A DNA stretch of 64,000 bases, taken from NCBI GenBank assembly GCA_973895155.1, contig OZ316895.1:15816816-15880815 (forward strand), in the 5' to 3' direction. This DNA comes from Marsupella aquatica (Eukaryota > Plantae > Marchantiophyta). The notes beneath the pieces are model-generated. The model ran no database searches, was not told the origin of the DNA, and saw nothing but the letters and a program-made list of their open reading frames with translations. A program made the translations under genes and the position numbers. Position 1 is the first letter of the stretch. Each line of letters starts with the position of its first letter. Positions 10,787 to 24,400 of the stretch are shown one piece after another.

Positions 10787-13700
10787 TTCTTGATGAGTGA
10801 CTGCTAGTTTTCAAGGGGACGGTATACTTGTAGGGGAAAACTATGATTGAATTATGAAAATAAGATATAGCTGAAACTGCATGTAGAATAACCCTTGGAC
10901 AATAACTACTGAATATGCAAACAACATGTAGCTAACAATTCATCAACCATCATGTCCTTTACCATTCATGCTTATAATCCTTTTGCTATGTATTGTCAAA
11001 TTTGAAATGGATGTGTCTGCTATCTGGAGAATGATAATATGCATGTCATCTCCTTGGCCATATACTGTAGTATATAGTATATATCCCTGGCTGAGGCTTG
11101 AAGACTTAACTTGTAATTACATATTGTCATTATAATTGCATTATTGAGTCATGGGATTTGTGTTGTGTTCTTTCTGACTCAATATTTGGGGTTACACTAA
11201 TTGTAAAATATAAGTGTTCTCTCTCCCTATTTCACATTATTGAAGGCCCTTCTACGTGCAATGATGAAATCAAGGATGAAATGTATCATGGCTTTGGTGC
11301 ACTTTCACCCTTGCACAATAAATTTTTTCTTGGTATGCAAACTTTCTGAAAAGGGCCACCCAATACCAGCATGGAATTCCATCATATTGTTACAAATTCT
11401 GATCTCAAGCTGTTCAAAGGAATTCCAATTTACCACAGACAAGCTCTCAAAGCTCCATGCCCACTTTGTGACCTCCAAGGTTTGGATCATAATCATGTAC
11501 GAGCTATATTGAAGAAGCCCCTCTGCTGGTCCACGATCACCAACATCCATTCAATTGCAAGTTCTAATTCAAAACTTACCATGTAGAGTAGGTCCAAGTT
11601 TCATTATATATGTGAAGTATATCAAGACTTGACAACTATTTTCAGTGGAGATATTTGAATCCCCCTATTTTCTCTCCTTCCCTCTCTAGAGTGTCTTTTC
11701 AAGTAGTGTCATAAAGGTGTCAAAGTGTTCCCAAGCTAGCCAGGGCAGACAAACAGTAGCTCCTTCCTTCCTTTTGTCTGCCTGTTTGTCCACAAGGACA
11801 GATACAAGGTGATCCAGGGAAATATATATATGGCCATATGTGATAATGTTTGGATGTGAGACTCAGAAAGGGCTACAAGTTGAGGTTTGACTAGATATCA
11901 TATATGATATGTCATAATGTTTAGATGTGAGGGTTACTCGAGTGTATATGTGGCAATTGTAAACATAGAAATGACAGTTGAGGTCCCTTTTCCACCTGGC
12001 TTTTCCTGGTCTAATCTAAAATACTCATTCTGAGTAAAGGAAACCCCTTTGCTCAGACTTTTGTAAGCCTTTTCCCACACTTGCCTACCCCACTAGCTTT
12101 CCCCCACTAGTTGTGTGGGTTTAAATTTGTTTTCAGGTTAGGTTCCCTGGGTTTAGCTTGAAAGCTAATAAGCTTTCCTCTAAATTAATAAAAAATAGAT
12201 TTTGTTTATAGTGTGTCTGGCTAGTTCCTTAGGTTGTTTTGGTCATCTACCATATCTGTATGGTAGTTGTCTCCAAGTGTGTTCCATTCCGTTTCTAACC
12301 CTAAAAGGAGGGGGCACTGGCTGGGGAGAAGGACACGCTTTGCGCTGGCGACATACCTCCAGTAGACCTGCAATATGATGCATTGAACCTATAGCCTGAA
12401 GAACAAGCTTAGCCTTACCAGTTTCATACTGTGTTCCCCTTCTCAGCCACATGCTACAATACCCTTTGGGCTTTCCCTGCAAGGATAGTAGGATGATTTA
12501 CAGAACACTCCGTCCGGCTTGTTGCTGGACACAGATTGGTACTAAATTGGCGCACTTCTTACTTTCCAGCAACTATTTCTAACACAATTATGTGGGAAAA
12601 ACTTGTTGGGTTGTGGAGCTAAAAATGCATACCCTGTCGAACCCTTAAAATAATAAATTTAGATGTGTGCGATGTCCGTTTGCACTAATTCATGCTGAAT
12701 TTGGTCATCGCAGAAATGACCAGTGCATGCAGCGTGCGAGCCAAAAGAAACAATTGTGCTTATCCCTTCATCGGAGACATCTGTACAGGGACATGCAAAG
12801 AATGCTCAAAATAATCTCCAAAGTGTGTTTGTACTGTACTTTGTCCACTTCGGCTAACCTGACCAATGTGGCTACAGTAGTAATAAGGACTGTACATGCA
12901 CTGCATTGTGTGCATTTTCGTGAACCTCACCAATGTGGTTACCTGTCAGATCATTGACATGAGCGGGGCACCTGCACCATTGGCGATTTGATTTGGCTGA
13001 GTGTTGGAGCAGGTAAAACCGTCGACCAACGAAAGCTCTGCAAATTGGGGCAACGTCTGTCCGCGTTGCCCCAAAGGGTGCTACAGTAGTAGTAGTAGCT
13101 CCAGACTAGAGACCAACCAAAAAACAAAGCCTCCAAAAAACGGGACCAACCTCCGTGAGCAACGAGAACCCCCAAAACACAAAATTGTAGAACCCAGAAA
13201 ATAAGCAATCCACCCGGAAGGGACCCCTAATCTAGCAAGCTACGACTGTAGTTGGCGGCGGGTTCGCTGAGGACGGGTCCAGACAATCCAATCGCCCTTC
13301 GAGATCGTCGGCAGAAATGTTTCGCGAGTTTCGTACTGACACGTGCTGACGCGCTTGTGTGGCCCGTTTTGGTTTGGAGGGAGCCGAGGGACCTTGGTAG
13401 CGGACTCGCCGCCCGAAAACGCTTTGCAGGGGATGGCTCGGGCCAGTTCGGGCCGGGCCGGGCCCGTTGGAGGGAGACCGGGATGAGTTTTCGAGCTGTC
13501 GAGCAGCTGCTAGTCTGCTACTGTATCGGCCGGGTTTCGAACTCACGCCGGTTCTCGGTTCTCCTCGAGGGCTGGGTGGGGCCCCCGGTCGGTCACATCT
13601 TCTTCATCATTCCCATCCGTATGAAGGAGGAAAAGGACGCCGAGGCGGAGAGGGGAGGCAAAAGGGGGAAAGGGAAACAAGAGGGGGAAGGGGAAGGGGA

Positions 13701-15428
13701 AGGGAGCGGAGGAGGAAATTCTTCGCCAAGGAGGAGGAAATTCTTCGCCAAGGAGGAGGAGAGAGCCGAGCGGCGTGTGGAATGCTCGAGGAGATCGAAG
13801 CAGGGGCGTCGAGAGCGACGACGACGGGGCAGAGGATCTATCCTCACGAGACCTCCATCAAGTAACGGTAGGAAGGAAGGGGTTGATGATGCCCTGGCGT
13901 TCAGGGCCGTGAGGAGGAGGAAAGAGGAGGAGGAGGAGGAGGAGGAAGAGACTTGGGAGCGGTACGAAGAGGAGGGAGGAGCTGTGTTGTTGCAGTAGGG
14001 TAACTGTGCAGGGCTTTTTGCGGGCGTGGGGATTAAATCGAATTCTTGAGGGGATTCGGAAAGGCCACGATTAGGGGTGAGATGGTGCGAGATTGAAATT
14101 GCTTGTAGGGATTACGGAGTAGAATTTTAGATGGTGCGGCACTTGATTTGAGAAGCTGTCTCGAGTAGGAATTTGGAAACGTCTGTTCTCGCCGTCGATT
14201 TCGGCGTTGAACGTGGTTCGTTCTGGTTCGATAGTGCGTGACCGGGTGATTGATTTGATCGGGGAGGTTTCTGAACGTATGTACTGCGAGCTAGAGGGAC
14301 AGGACGCCGACGATTGGAGTGGGACTATCGCGCGGTTTAGTTTTTGGTGAATCTGAAGCTGCTTCATCTCCACTCCCTGACTCTCGATTCCGTAGTTTGT
14401 GCTCGGTTGACGCTGACGAGAATTGGAATTTGGTGGGTGAAAGTCTGCATGGTTTCCTCTGAGTGAATGGCCGGCTCGGCGCTGGTAGTGCGTGACGACA
14501 GTATCTACCTCTTTTGGTAGCCTTTCCAATCTGCCCCGCAACATCCTGACTTATCGGAGGCGCAGGTAGATGTTCCTCTTACTCCCGATTGGCTTCGCTT
14601 GTGTGTATGTCAGTTCTGCCAGTGTTACCTAGTTTTGAATGCAGAGCAGTAGGTACCCCCGTTGAGTCCAATCTCGTGGAACTTTTGTGAGTGAGTTCAC
14701 GCTTTTCATATCTGTTGCGATTTTTGTCGACATTACGTCGCAGCTTCCTATTTTGACCTCCGGTTCAGAAAATGTGAATTGCATTGTGTTTCTGTGGCAA
14801 CGGTATTCGATTCTTGTGTGCTACTGCGTCCCTCATGGCTACCGCAGGGCCTGCGTTTTTGAGTTAAATCGTTTTTCAAGCTCGACTTGGTGTTGATCTG
14901 TTCCTACTGTACCGGAACGACAAACATTTACGACGGATTATTGTTCTACCAGCCTTGTCGAGTCGTTGCAAAACGTGGCCTCTCGCATTTAGACCTATAG
15001 TTTATAGAATCCATGGCGAACAGTGCTTGAGCAGGAGGCCCGAGGTTTTATTTAATATTCATTTTGTTTCATGTTGTTATTCGTCGCATTTGTCATTACT
15101 TTATCGGTGCTTGCGTCATTTTCCTTTACTCGTCAATCCTGCACATCCCCTTGTAGGGTTTTTGGTTGTATCGTTTGGAATGAGCAGCCGGTTCTTCTGC
15201 TTCGATCTGAGTGGCCTTAGTTTTTGTCCCATCTACTTCTCCGTTACTTTCTCGTTGTTCAGATTCACCTCGTCATCTCATTGTCTCCGTTAGCAGTACG
15301 TTAGTATCTCCTCTCGTTTGTACTTTTCGAAACCCCGTGTCTTGTTTTGGGTATTATTTGACAGGATCCTGATTTATACTTTCAATCATAATCCTGTTCC
15401 GTTGCTCGTTACTACAGTAAGTATAAAG

Positions 15429-18400
15429 ATGGACGCCGGGCAAAGTAGCGATGTACATCCAACTGTAGCTGAAGATGAAGGGGAAACAGTAGAGATCAAA
15501 ATCAAAACACTTGATGCCCAGAGCTATTCTCTCCGCGTGGACAGAAATGTATGTGTCGACATCAAACCCTTGAATTTGAATTCAATTGAGTCAGGGTCGA
15601 TTTCACCTCTGTAGGCAACTTAAGAATTTTATTGCTCGGGGTTATTGGTGAGTTACACATTGGACTCCCTCATCCTGGTCGTCGTTGTTCTCAGTTTAAT
15701 TTATTTCACTGTATTTGAGAACATTTTAGGATATCTCCCAGTTGCATGTCGCCTACCAAATGGAAGGCTGGACTTATGCATCAGATGACAGCAACTTGAT
15801 ATGACAGTTTTCGATGACGGTGTCATGATCGTATGTCCAATAATCATGTGAGCTTGCGACTCTGGACTCACCGCCCTCTGCAATATGTATTCTGCAGACA
15901 CCGGTCCCAGTTTTGAAGGATCAAATTGCTTCTGTGGTTGGCGTGCCTGTTGAGAACCAGCGGCTCATCTGTCGGGGAAAGGTCTTGAAAGATGATCAAC
16001 TTCTTGGTGCCTACAGTATCCTAATCTAATAAGCTATTATGAACTTCCATTGTCTCCTGCAATGTTCGACGTTGTCTGGGGGGATTTCAACTTTCCTGGA
16101 TGCGATCTGGTGTACTTGAAGTTTTGTGCCGCTGCAAGCGTGGTTTTCTTATAAGGCAATCGTTAGCTTTGAATATATTTCGTTTTGCCCTAAAGGAGGC
16201 TGGATTTAATCAGCTGTGGTATCAGACCACCCAATACATATAACACAACATAGTATCTATTATTGTTAAGAGTGCAAAATGTCGGTGTCTGTTACCTCGC
16301 ATGTCGTTGCTTCTCAGAACACCGCTTAAGGCACATAAACATGCAGCATTCTACGCCGCAGGATTGGTCAAAGATGTAGTTTTCCTTAATTAGTCTTGCA
16401 GATGTGGAGGATGGGCACACACTACATCTGGTTGCACGGCAACCTCCTCAGCCGTCGCTATCATCGACTGCAGGTGTGGGAAACAGGGGCTTCTGTTTGG
16501 GAGCTTGCCTTTTAGTGTGCTACCACCCTTTCAGAGTTTTTTGCGTTACAATGAACCCTATGGTACATCTAGGAAGTCGTCCGCCTCAGGAACGCTATTT
16601 TTGCAGACATTGTGGAGACGTCTACTTTTTCTACTCTGATCCGGATATCGAGAAATTTTCTAACCTTTTATTAAATTTTCAAATGCTGAACACCTTTTCT
16701 TAATCTAGGACTGTAACCCATGAAACTAAGCAAGTATGAATAGTCTCACCCTTTTGAGTGTGTCGTCCATGGGGTCTGTGATCAGTCTGCAAGGGGCAGT
16801 AGTTCGGTATCCATCGACAATCTAGAATGTAACTTGTGATGATTTCTACTGCACAGGTCAAGAGCAAACTAGTGGTCCCACTGGCCCTTCAGATATGGTT
16901 ATGGTGTCACCCCGAAACAGGAGTGGGCACGTGTCACATAGTCTACTTATGGGAACCATCAATATTCCCGACTCTGGAGAAGGCGGCATACCTGATTTGA
17001 ACAGGGTATGTGCCCTGCCTTAAACCTATGTGGATTCATTTGCAGTCGTTCTTAGACACTGCGATTCTTGAAAGTGACTCCAATTCTTGACGGGGGCTTC
17101 TTTTTGAACAGATTATATCTGCAGTACTCAATTCGGTGGGAATGGGCAATGCCATACCTGCTGGCACAGGGGCTGGCCCCGGTGGTCCTGTGGCAGTCGT
17201 AAGTATATGAAACTCTTCAGGCTGGGAATAAATTATGACAAGTAACCATTTGTAGCATCCCATCGGATGTGTAAGACAGTAAGACATGGCTTGGCCTCAG
17301 GCATTATCAACTGAGCAGTGTCATCTCGGCTCTTGTATCTTCTAGTAGTCTTCTTAAAATCATTTCGAGAATAATTTCCTCGCCCCAGACTTGTATATTT
17401 CACAGTGACTATTAGAAACCCAATTGTACCAAATAATCATGTGGACATCGCACACAATTTCTACACTTATCCGATTAGATAGCTTACCGCGATTCCCTTT
17501 CTTGTTTTTTCGTCAATTTTTGTTCTCTCTTATGTCCGACTGACAGTCCCCGGTCGGCTTTGGGGCCCTTGAATTCCTTCATAGTAAGTCCAACAGACTC
17601 CCTTTCCGAATCCAAGAGCCCCTGCTGGAGCATGGCGTTGTTCTACAGTTTTACTGTAGAACATTGTAGAGATTTGTAGAGTTCTTGCAGAGATTTATCA
17701 GAATATTACTGAAAGTTAGAGCTACAGCTGATAAGGTTCTGTTTGCACACGTTGCTCTGTTAATTAAGGGAGCCTAGAGAATCTGACTATTGGCACGGGA
17801 CTCCTTTCTGACTTGTCTCGAGAAGTATTTGTCAAGTTGCCCTCTATCATCCTTGAATCTGTTCTCACGGACCTTTGACTGAGTCACGTCTGCTGACAAT
17901 CATGGTTGATTAGGGTGTGCTGCCTCCAAGAACACAAGTTCCCGGATCAGATGGGCAATCACATGCGGAAGGTCCCGACGGCAGGTCACAGGGAGCACCT
18001 CCATTGGGTGACCACAGTGATTCTATAGATGACATAGAGGCTCAACTACAATTAGATGCAATCTATGGCGTTCCTTCCCCTGGGATATTTGCAGGAGGAG
18101 CAATCCCATCCAATGCTTTCCGTATCATGCAGCAGCCTGCGGTGAGTAACTGCTTTGTTTCTAAGAGAGATTTGATCTTGCAGGATTTGTTTCTCTGTTC
18201 TAAATTTTATTTTTAGAATTTGTTTTTTGTCTTTAATGGTCTACGACGCAGTGTGATCTTGTTTCATTTTGTCCTCCAGTGTTTCAAAATGTATTATATC
18301 TTGAGTTCCTAGAACCATTCTTCAGGCAATTTTGAGTTTTATTCGAGTTGTACCTCCGACTTTCTTTTCAGGTAGTTCCTGACGCTTTGACAACTATGTC

Positions 18401-21400
18401 CCAGTATTTGGATCGACTGGAGCAATCTTTCAATATTATTGGTGAGGCCAAGTATTGACGTTGCTGGTTTAAGTTCTTCCTTTTGCAAGGCGCCCTTGTT
18501 GCCAGTTGAAGTTCAGGTACTGTTTCAGCTTGTATGTGAATGGTCGTGGAATTCTCGTGTAAGACTTCTAAGATGTGCTGTCGTAATTTGTGCTGGCAGA
18601 AGGTAGGAGGGGTCACGATGCAGGAAGTGAAGGTCCTATTCATGTGGAGGGGAATACTGGGTCGGGTCAGACATCTGAGTCACTTGCAGGGCAAACTGTG
18701 GGTGTTGCTCAAAGTCCATCCTCGGGCCCTTCACTCCTTTCACATACTTCATCTGCCAACCCTACTAGTAGCAGTGGTGGACAAAGTTCTGCAGTACCAG
18801 CAGGATCGGTGGCGGCTCCTAGGCGCTTGCCAACACCATCATCATTAGGGACAATTGTTAGTCGTGTACAGCAACTTCTTAGTGACCAGGCTGGAAGTGC
18901 ACTAGCTGTGAGTATCTTGAACGTTTAGTAAGCAAGCCGTTTATGTAGTCAATTCTCATCCTCTTGTAACATACCCGTGGCAACGTTTTACTTGTTAAGT
19001 GCTGGAAGCACTTTTTACATGACTCGTTCGACTGGTTCATTCATGATTCACTCTTGCAATTTTCTGCATTGTTAGCGGCTTGCAGCTCAGCTGGAGAATG
19101 AGCCAAATCTAGTCGATGCGACTGCTAGGGACGAAATGCAAAGGACAGCTTTGCGCGATGGTAACATGATGCAGCAGCTTGGCGCTTTACTTTTGGAACT
19201 TGGTCGTACAACATTAACACTGCGGATGGGTCAATCCCCTGTAAGTAATTGGTGTTGGGTTGGTAATTTGGAGAACCTGTGTTCTTGAATATTTCAACCC
19301 GACTTTACCACTTAATCCTATTTTTGTGTTGAGTGTAGGTGTATGGCAATACTAGTCTGGCAGTTTTTGGGTAGTATTCTGATGACAACGATGTGTGGTT
19401 TATTTTTATTCAGGCTGATTCAGTCGCGAATGCTTGACCTGCAGCTTTTATTTAGGTGTATGGCAATACTGGTCTGGCAGTTTTTGTGTAGTATTCTGAT
19501 GACAACGATGTGTGATTCATTTTTATTCAGGCTGAATCAGTCGTGAATGCTGGACCTGCAGTTTTTATTTCCCCGTCAGGTCCTAATCCAATGATGGTTC
19601 AGGTACGAATTCTAACTGAATTAGTGGTCCATGCCCGTTATGTTTGCTGCACACTCTGGGTTGGGCTAGATGCTTGCTGTTAAGTAGCTGGCAGGGGATT
19701 GCTTACTTAGGCGCTTTGCGTGCAGCAGTCCCTACCTTCGCAAACAGGTGTGGCGTTGGGTGCATTGCCTTCTGGAACACCCCAGGCAAATGGTGGTATT
19801 GTGGGTCCAAGTTTAGGACCCAGAAGTATTAACATTCATATCCATACTAGTGACCTGAGGCTTCCTTCTCCTTCTCCGTCTGCTACCCCTCCCCCTCAGC
19901 AGCCGCCATCTCGAGCAGTAATTGGTGTGACTTCTGGAGCTCCAGTCCTCACAGTGAGAAACTTGATGGAACGTGCGGATGCTTCAAGCCCTGAGCATGC
20001 ACTAACAGTGCGCCAGATAATTGAACGTGCTGAAGCGGCCAGTGGAGTGCAACAGGGCAATGCAGAATTGAATTCTCAAGCAAATTCTGGAGGTGCCGTA
20101 CAAGGCGCGATCATGACGTTCAATGAGAATGGGGCAATGCGAGTGGTTCCGGTGCGGACTCGTACAGGTGCCGTTCCAATTGCTCCTAGTAATCATACCG
20201 GAAATGAAGGCGATGCCATTTTCCAACCACTAGTTGCTAGATTGCAACAACAGTTGGGATCCGCACAGCATGGTAGGTCTGCATCTTCGCCACCTGGGAG
20301 TACCACTGCAGCTGCAACCAACGTAGCTGGATCCATATCTTCTCGGGAACATCCGCCGTCATCAGTTTCGTCGCCTTCTGTTCGAGCTCAGGTGCACATT
20401 CAGGCCTGGGCTCCATCTATCATCCAAGCTCTGGGCGGAGTGCCTTCACAACCTGGATCTTCACAACCAGTTTCAAGTGGAGCTCCACTTGGTGAGACTG
20501 TTCAACCTGCAGCCAACGGACAGGGCCCCGTTGGCGGTGGTACTGGCAGGCAGAGGGGTAAGACCTTAAATTTTCTCAAGCAATTTTTGCGGCTTTCTCC
20601 CATAACCTAGCATCTTTGATGTCTGAGTTCGCGTGATGTAGTTACGAATGTTTGGTTCTGGTCTGAATGCCACTTTTCATTTTTGTGTCGTCCAAGGAAC
20701 TCATCTGTTTGTATTATTGAAGTGACCACAGATCCAAGTATACCAGTTTCGAATGATGGCGCCACCGATGGTGTGGCAACTGGGCAGCTTCAAGAGGGAT
20801 TGGTCCAGGGTGTTGATGTAGCTCAGATTGTTGACTCTTTGGGGCCGTTTCTGAACCAACTGGCTGCGGCCTTTCAGCAATCACGCCCGCAAACAGCCAA
20901 TCAACCGCCATCGCAACAGGTCTGTATCCTAGGTCTGTGAATATCTATAAGGAGTTTGCTTTGGTCAATTGGTTTCCCCTCATGATTGGTGTCTGAGAAT
21001 TCTGTTATTGGATAAATGTGGATATTACAGCTTAATGAACAGCCCGTCGCTTCCCAACCGAATATTGAAGGCACCACAGCGAATGTGGCAGCAGCGATAG
21101 CATCACCCAACAATACCCCAGAGAGCAATGGGCTCTCTGCTCAAGATGGAGGTGGTCCCGCGGAAAGTTCGGTAGAGCAGTCCAACCCAGGAGCAGACTT
21201 CAAGTCTGAGGATAATATGGATATGGGTGAGAACACTGAAAATGTTGAAGTTTCTCAGGACGGCCCTGGAAGTAGCTCTACCAGCACGTTGGCAGCTGAT
21301 GAGCCAGGTCTTGATGGAAAACGTCTCCACGAAGGAGAGAGTCAGCTCGAAGTGGGAGATCAGCCAGTAGCCCCTCCGGTTGGTCTCGGCCTCGGCGGTC

Positions 21401-24400
21401 TTCAACCACTTCCTGCCAGGGTATGGGTGCTCACGGAATGTTATACGATTTTTGGTGGTTATTTCTGTCCTAGACTTGATTGAAAGTAGGCAATCTTACT
21501 TATTACTTGCCTTCTTCTCGAAATCTTGCCAGAAGCTTGAAGGGGATGGTCTGATTTCCAGAACCTTATACCAAACACTGAATTTACAGTGAGTTCAGAA
21601 AAATGCCAAGCAATATGTACTCTAAAGGGACAATTATCATTAAATTTCTGCGTTTTTCACTTGTGCAGTCACGAAGGCGAGGGCACACTCCTCGCCCGGT
21701 GCAGATGGCAGATACTGGAGCAGCTGCTGCTGCAGGTAATGGACTGCCTGCTGCAAGTGGTAGGGAGCAGTCATTACCATCTGTTGCAGCACAAAATCTA
21801 TCTCCAATGAGCAGACCTAGCAACAGACCTGAAGGCAATGCCATGGAACGTCATTCTAGCCAACTGACTCAAGGTCTTCTACCGTTGCTAGGTAGCCTTG
21901 GGACTCGGGGAAGTGCACAAGGTGGAGAGGGGACAAGAGAGTTGGGAGATTTCATGGGCCACTTAATCTCTAGAACAGCTGAAGGAAGCAGAGGCCAGGG
22001 AGCCTTCCCGGGTGATATGCTTAGGGGTATGATGGGGCAGCTGGTTCAGAGTCCACTTATGGAAAATCTTGTGCAGCAGGTTATGACCGGTGTGGAAAAC
22101 GATGAAACACAGAATACTGAAAACTCTCTTCAAGGGCATGGTAATCGTAGCCAGAGTGCTCCAGGGAATTTTGATTTTGCAGGCATTGTCCAGCAAATGC
22201 TACCTGTCATGTCTCAGATGTTTGGTGATAGGCCAACGTCCAATGCAGCGCAGCAGGGTCCCAGTTCTACTAATGTAAGGAATCACAGTGGTGGAGGTGC
22301 AAGAGATAGCCCTGGTCCAATCAATGATACTGGGAGATGGAGAGAGGCTCTTAGTGAGGTTCGTAATGAGAATGCGTGTCTTGACTCACTGAACCCTTAA
22401 AACTTTGGCACAAGTAGCCACGTTTCTGCATGAGTTTTCTGGATAAGAAGAAGTTGGTAAGCTGCGTTTGTTCAAAATGCTTTCTTATCGTGGTAGCACT
22501 GCAATTTTTTTCATGTTTGAAATCTCAGACGTATTGTTGTTTGTTAACATTTGCAGGAAGAGATAGCGGCATGGAGTGAAACCATATCAGCTGATGTTGA
22601 GCAACAACAGTCTATGGAACCTCAGAGACCATTCAGCGAGGCTTATGTGCGAGGATCACCTTTAGCCAAACGACAGAAGGTCGAGAAAAATCTCTCCGAT
22701 TCCTAGTTGGAACTCTAGGATGACTGGAGTTCTTATTACAGCCTTTTCGGCTCCTTATCTAGGGAGTTCATGTGGTGTACGGTTCTATTGAAGTTTGGAG
22801 TGTGTTGGACAGTGCAGAGGTCCGACGTATACCAATGTCCACCAGCTGGTAACAAAAGGAGAATATAGATAGATTTGTAAATGCGTACATTTTATGAAGA
22901 ATCTCATTTTCTTGACTCGTAGATAGACTCTTCTGGAAGAAGTTACCAATCTGTTCAATGAGGTTTGCCATGTGCATTTGTCACACTGGAGTGGTTACAG
23001 AGGAGATAGCACTGTCTTCTGTCCTGAATGCGTTAACCTCATCCTTTTGCTCATCACATCACAGTGGGCTAAGGAACTAGACCCTGATGTATGTAAACGA
23101 AGACGCGTTCTTCCCATGGAAGTGATGTGGCTATCATTTCACCGATAGTGTACTCGAAAGAAATGCTCCTCGTTCTCGAGGAGGCCAACACTGAAGTAGT
23201 GGCCTAGTCTCACCAAGCGTCCTCAATTAGCAACATCTGTACTAATTGTAGGTTCATTGTACATGGCCTTCCCAGTAGACTGTTACCATGTTGGGTACTT
23301 TCATAGAGATGTTTAATACTCTAATAATTCTAGTGTATCCTCATCTTGCTGGGCATTGCTGGAAGTCTGTTGACAAGTCAACAGCTCTTTTAGTTTTCAG
23401 TGACATTCTAGGGAAGGTAAAGAATGAATGTTTTCTACAGTAATGGGTCCTTTGGACATAGAACAGATAGTAGAAGTTAGTAAGCTAGTAACCGGAGACT
23501 GTAAGCTTGATCTGTAGGTTGTGTTCTGCTTTCTTGGGGTCTAGTACTTTGAGACAAAATTGGCTCAAAAGTCTCATGATTGTGGGCCAAAGGTTCGCTA
23601 TAGCCTGCGAGCAAACGCAGCGACCCTTTCATACATCGGGCTTTCTACCGATCTCAAGGAAACGAGATCTACCATCCACTGTTGTATTTACATACCCGCT
23701 CCATGCAGTGGACGAAGGATGGACCTGCATTGGGACCTTTCTGGAATTTACAGGTCTGGAGTACGTGTACTTCTGTTTGTTTTTAGCTATATTCTGTTTG
23801 AAAGGCAAAGCTGTGTGGGGTTAACGTAGCAGTTCTACAGGTGATTGGGTTTTGAGCTGTCCCTGTTTATCTCCAGCTACTTTGTTTGAAGTCTTGCTTT
23901 ATGTCTGACCTTTCGACCCATTTTTCTTCGACAACATTCCAGTCAAGCGCGAAATCTAGTGAAATCCCCAGAGCAGGCAGTGTCTCGTGTCATCTTCTAA
24001 GGGCACAGTACTGGCCCCTCCAGAAAGCGAGTATTCCCTTATTAGTTTTCAATAAAGGCCCTGGCTCATAGATTTTTTCATTGCTCTATCAATGCCACAA
24101 CCTTCTTTGAGTCTTCTCATACGACAGATCTTCCAGTGGAGTTCATGTTAGTTGGCTATTTATTAGTTTTGCTGCCTACTGGTACTAATGTTAATCCCCT
24201 ACTCAGAATCAACACTCTCTTGATACCTACTTGGTTGAAGAAATGGAGCGCTGTAGCCGCAGACAAGGAAGGCACGTTGGAGCTGTAGAGTGTAGAGTGA
24301 GTGCGTGAATTTTAGGCAGAACGTCAACCAATCCTATCAGAGAGATGGGGTTGTACGGGTGGTCTTGCAGATGGTCTTGCAGACCTTCACGCAGTGCCTG

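Noticed and set aside
13252-13998. 248-aa ORF and overlapping ORFs
   Set aside because: Non-ATG start, GA-rich low complexity with a (GAG)n run and a 21-bp duplication; most likely the promoter and 5' UTR of the BAG6-like gene.
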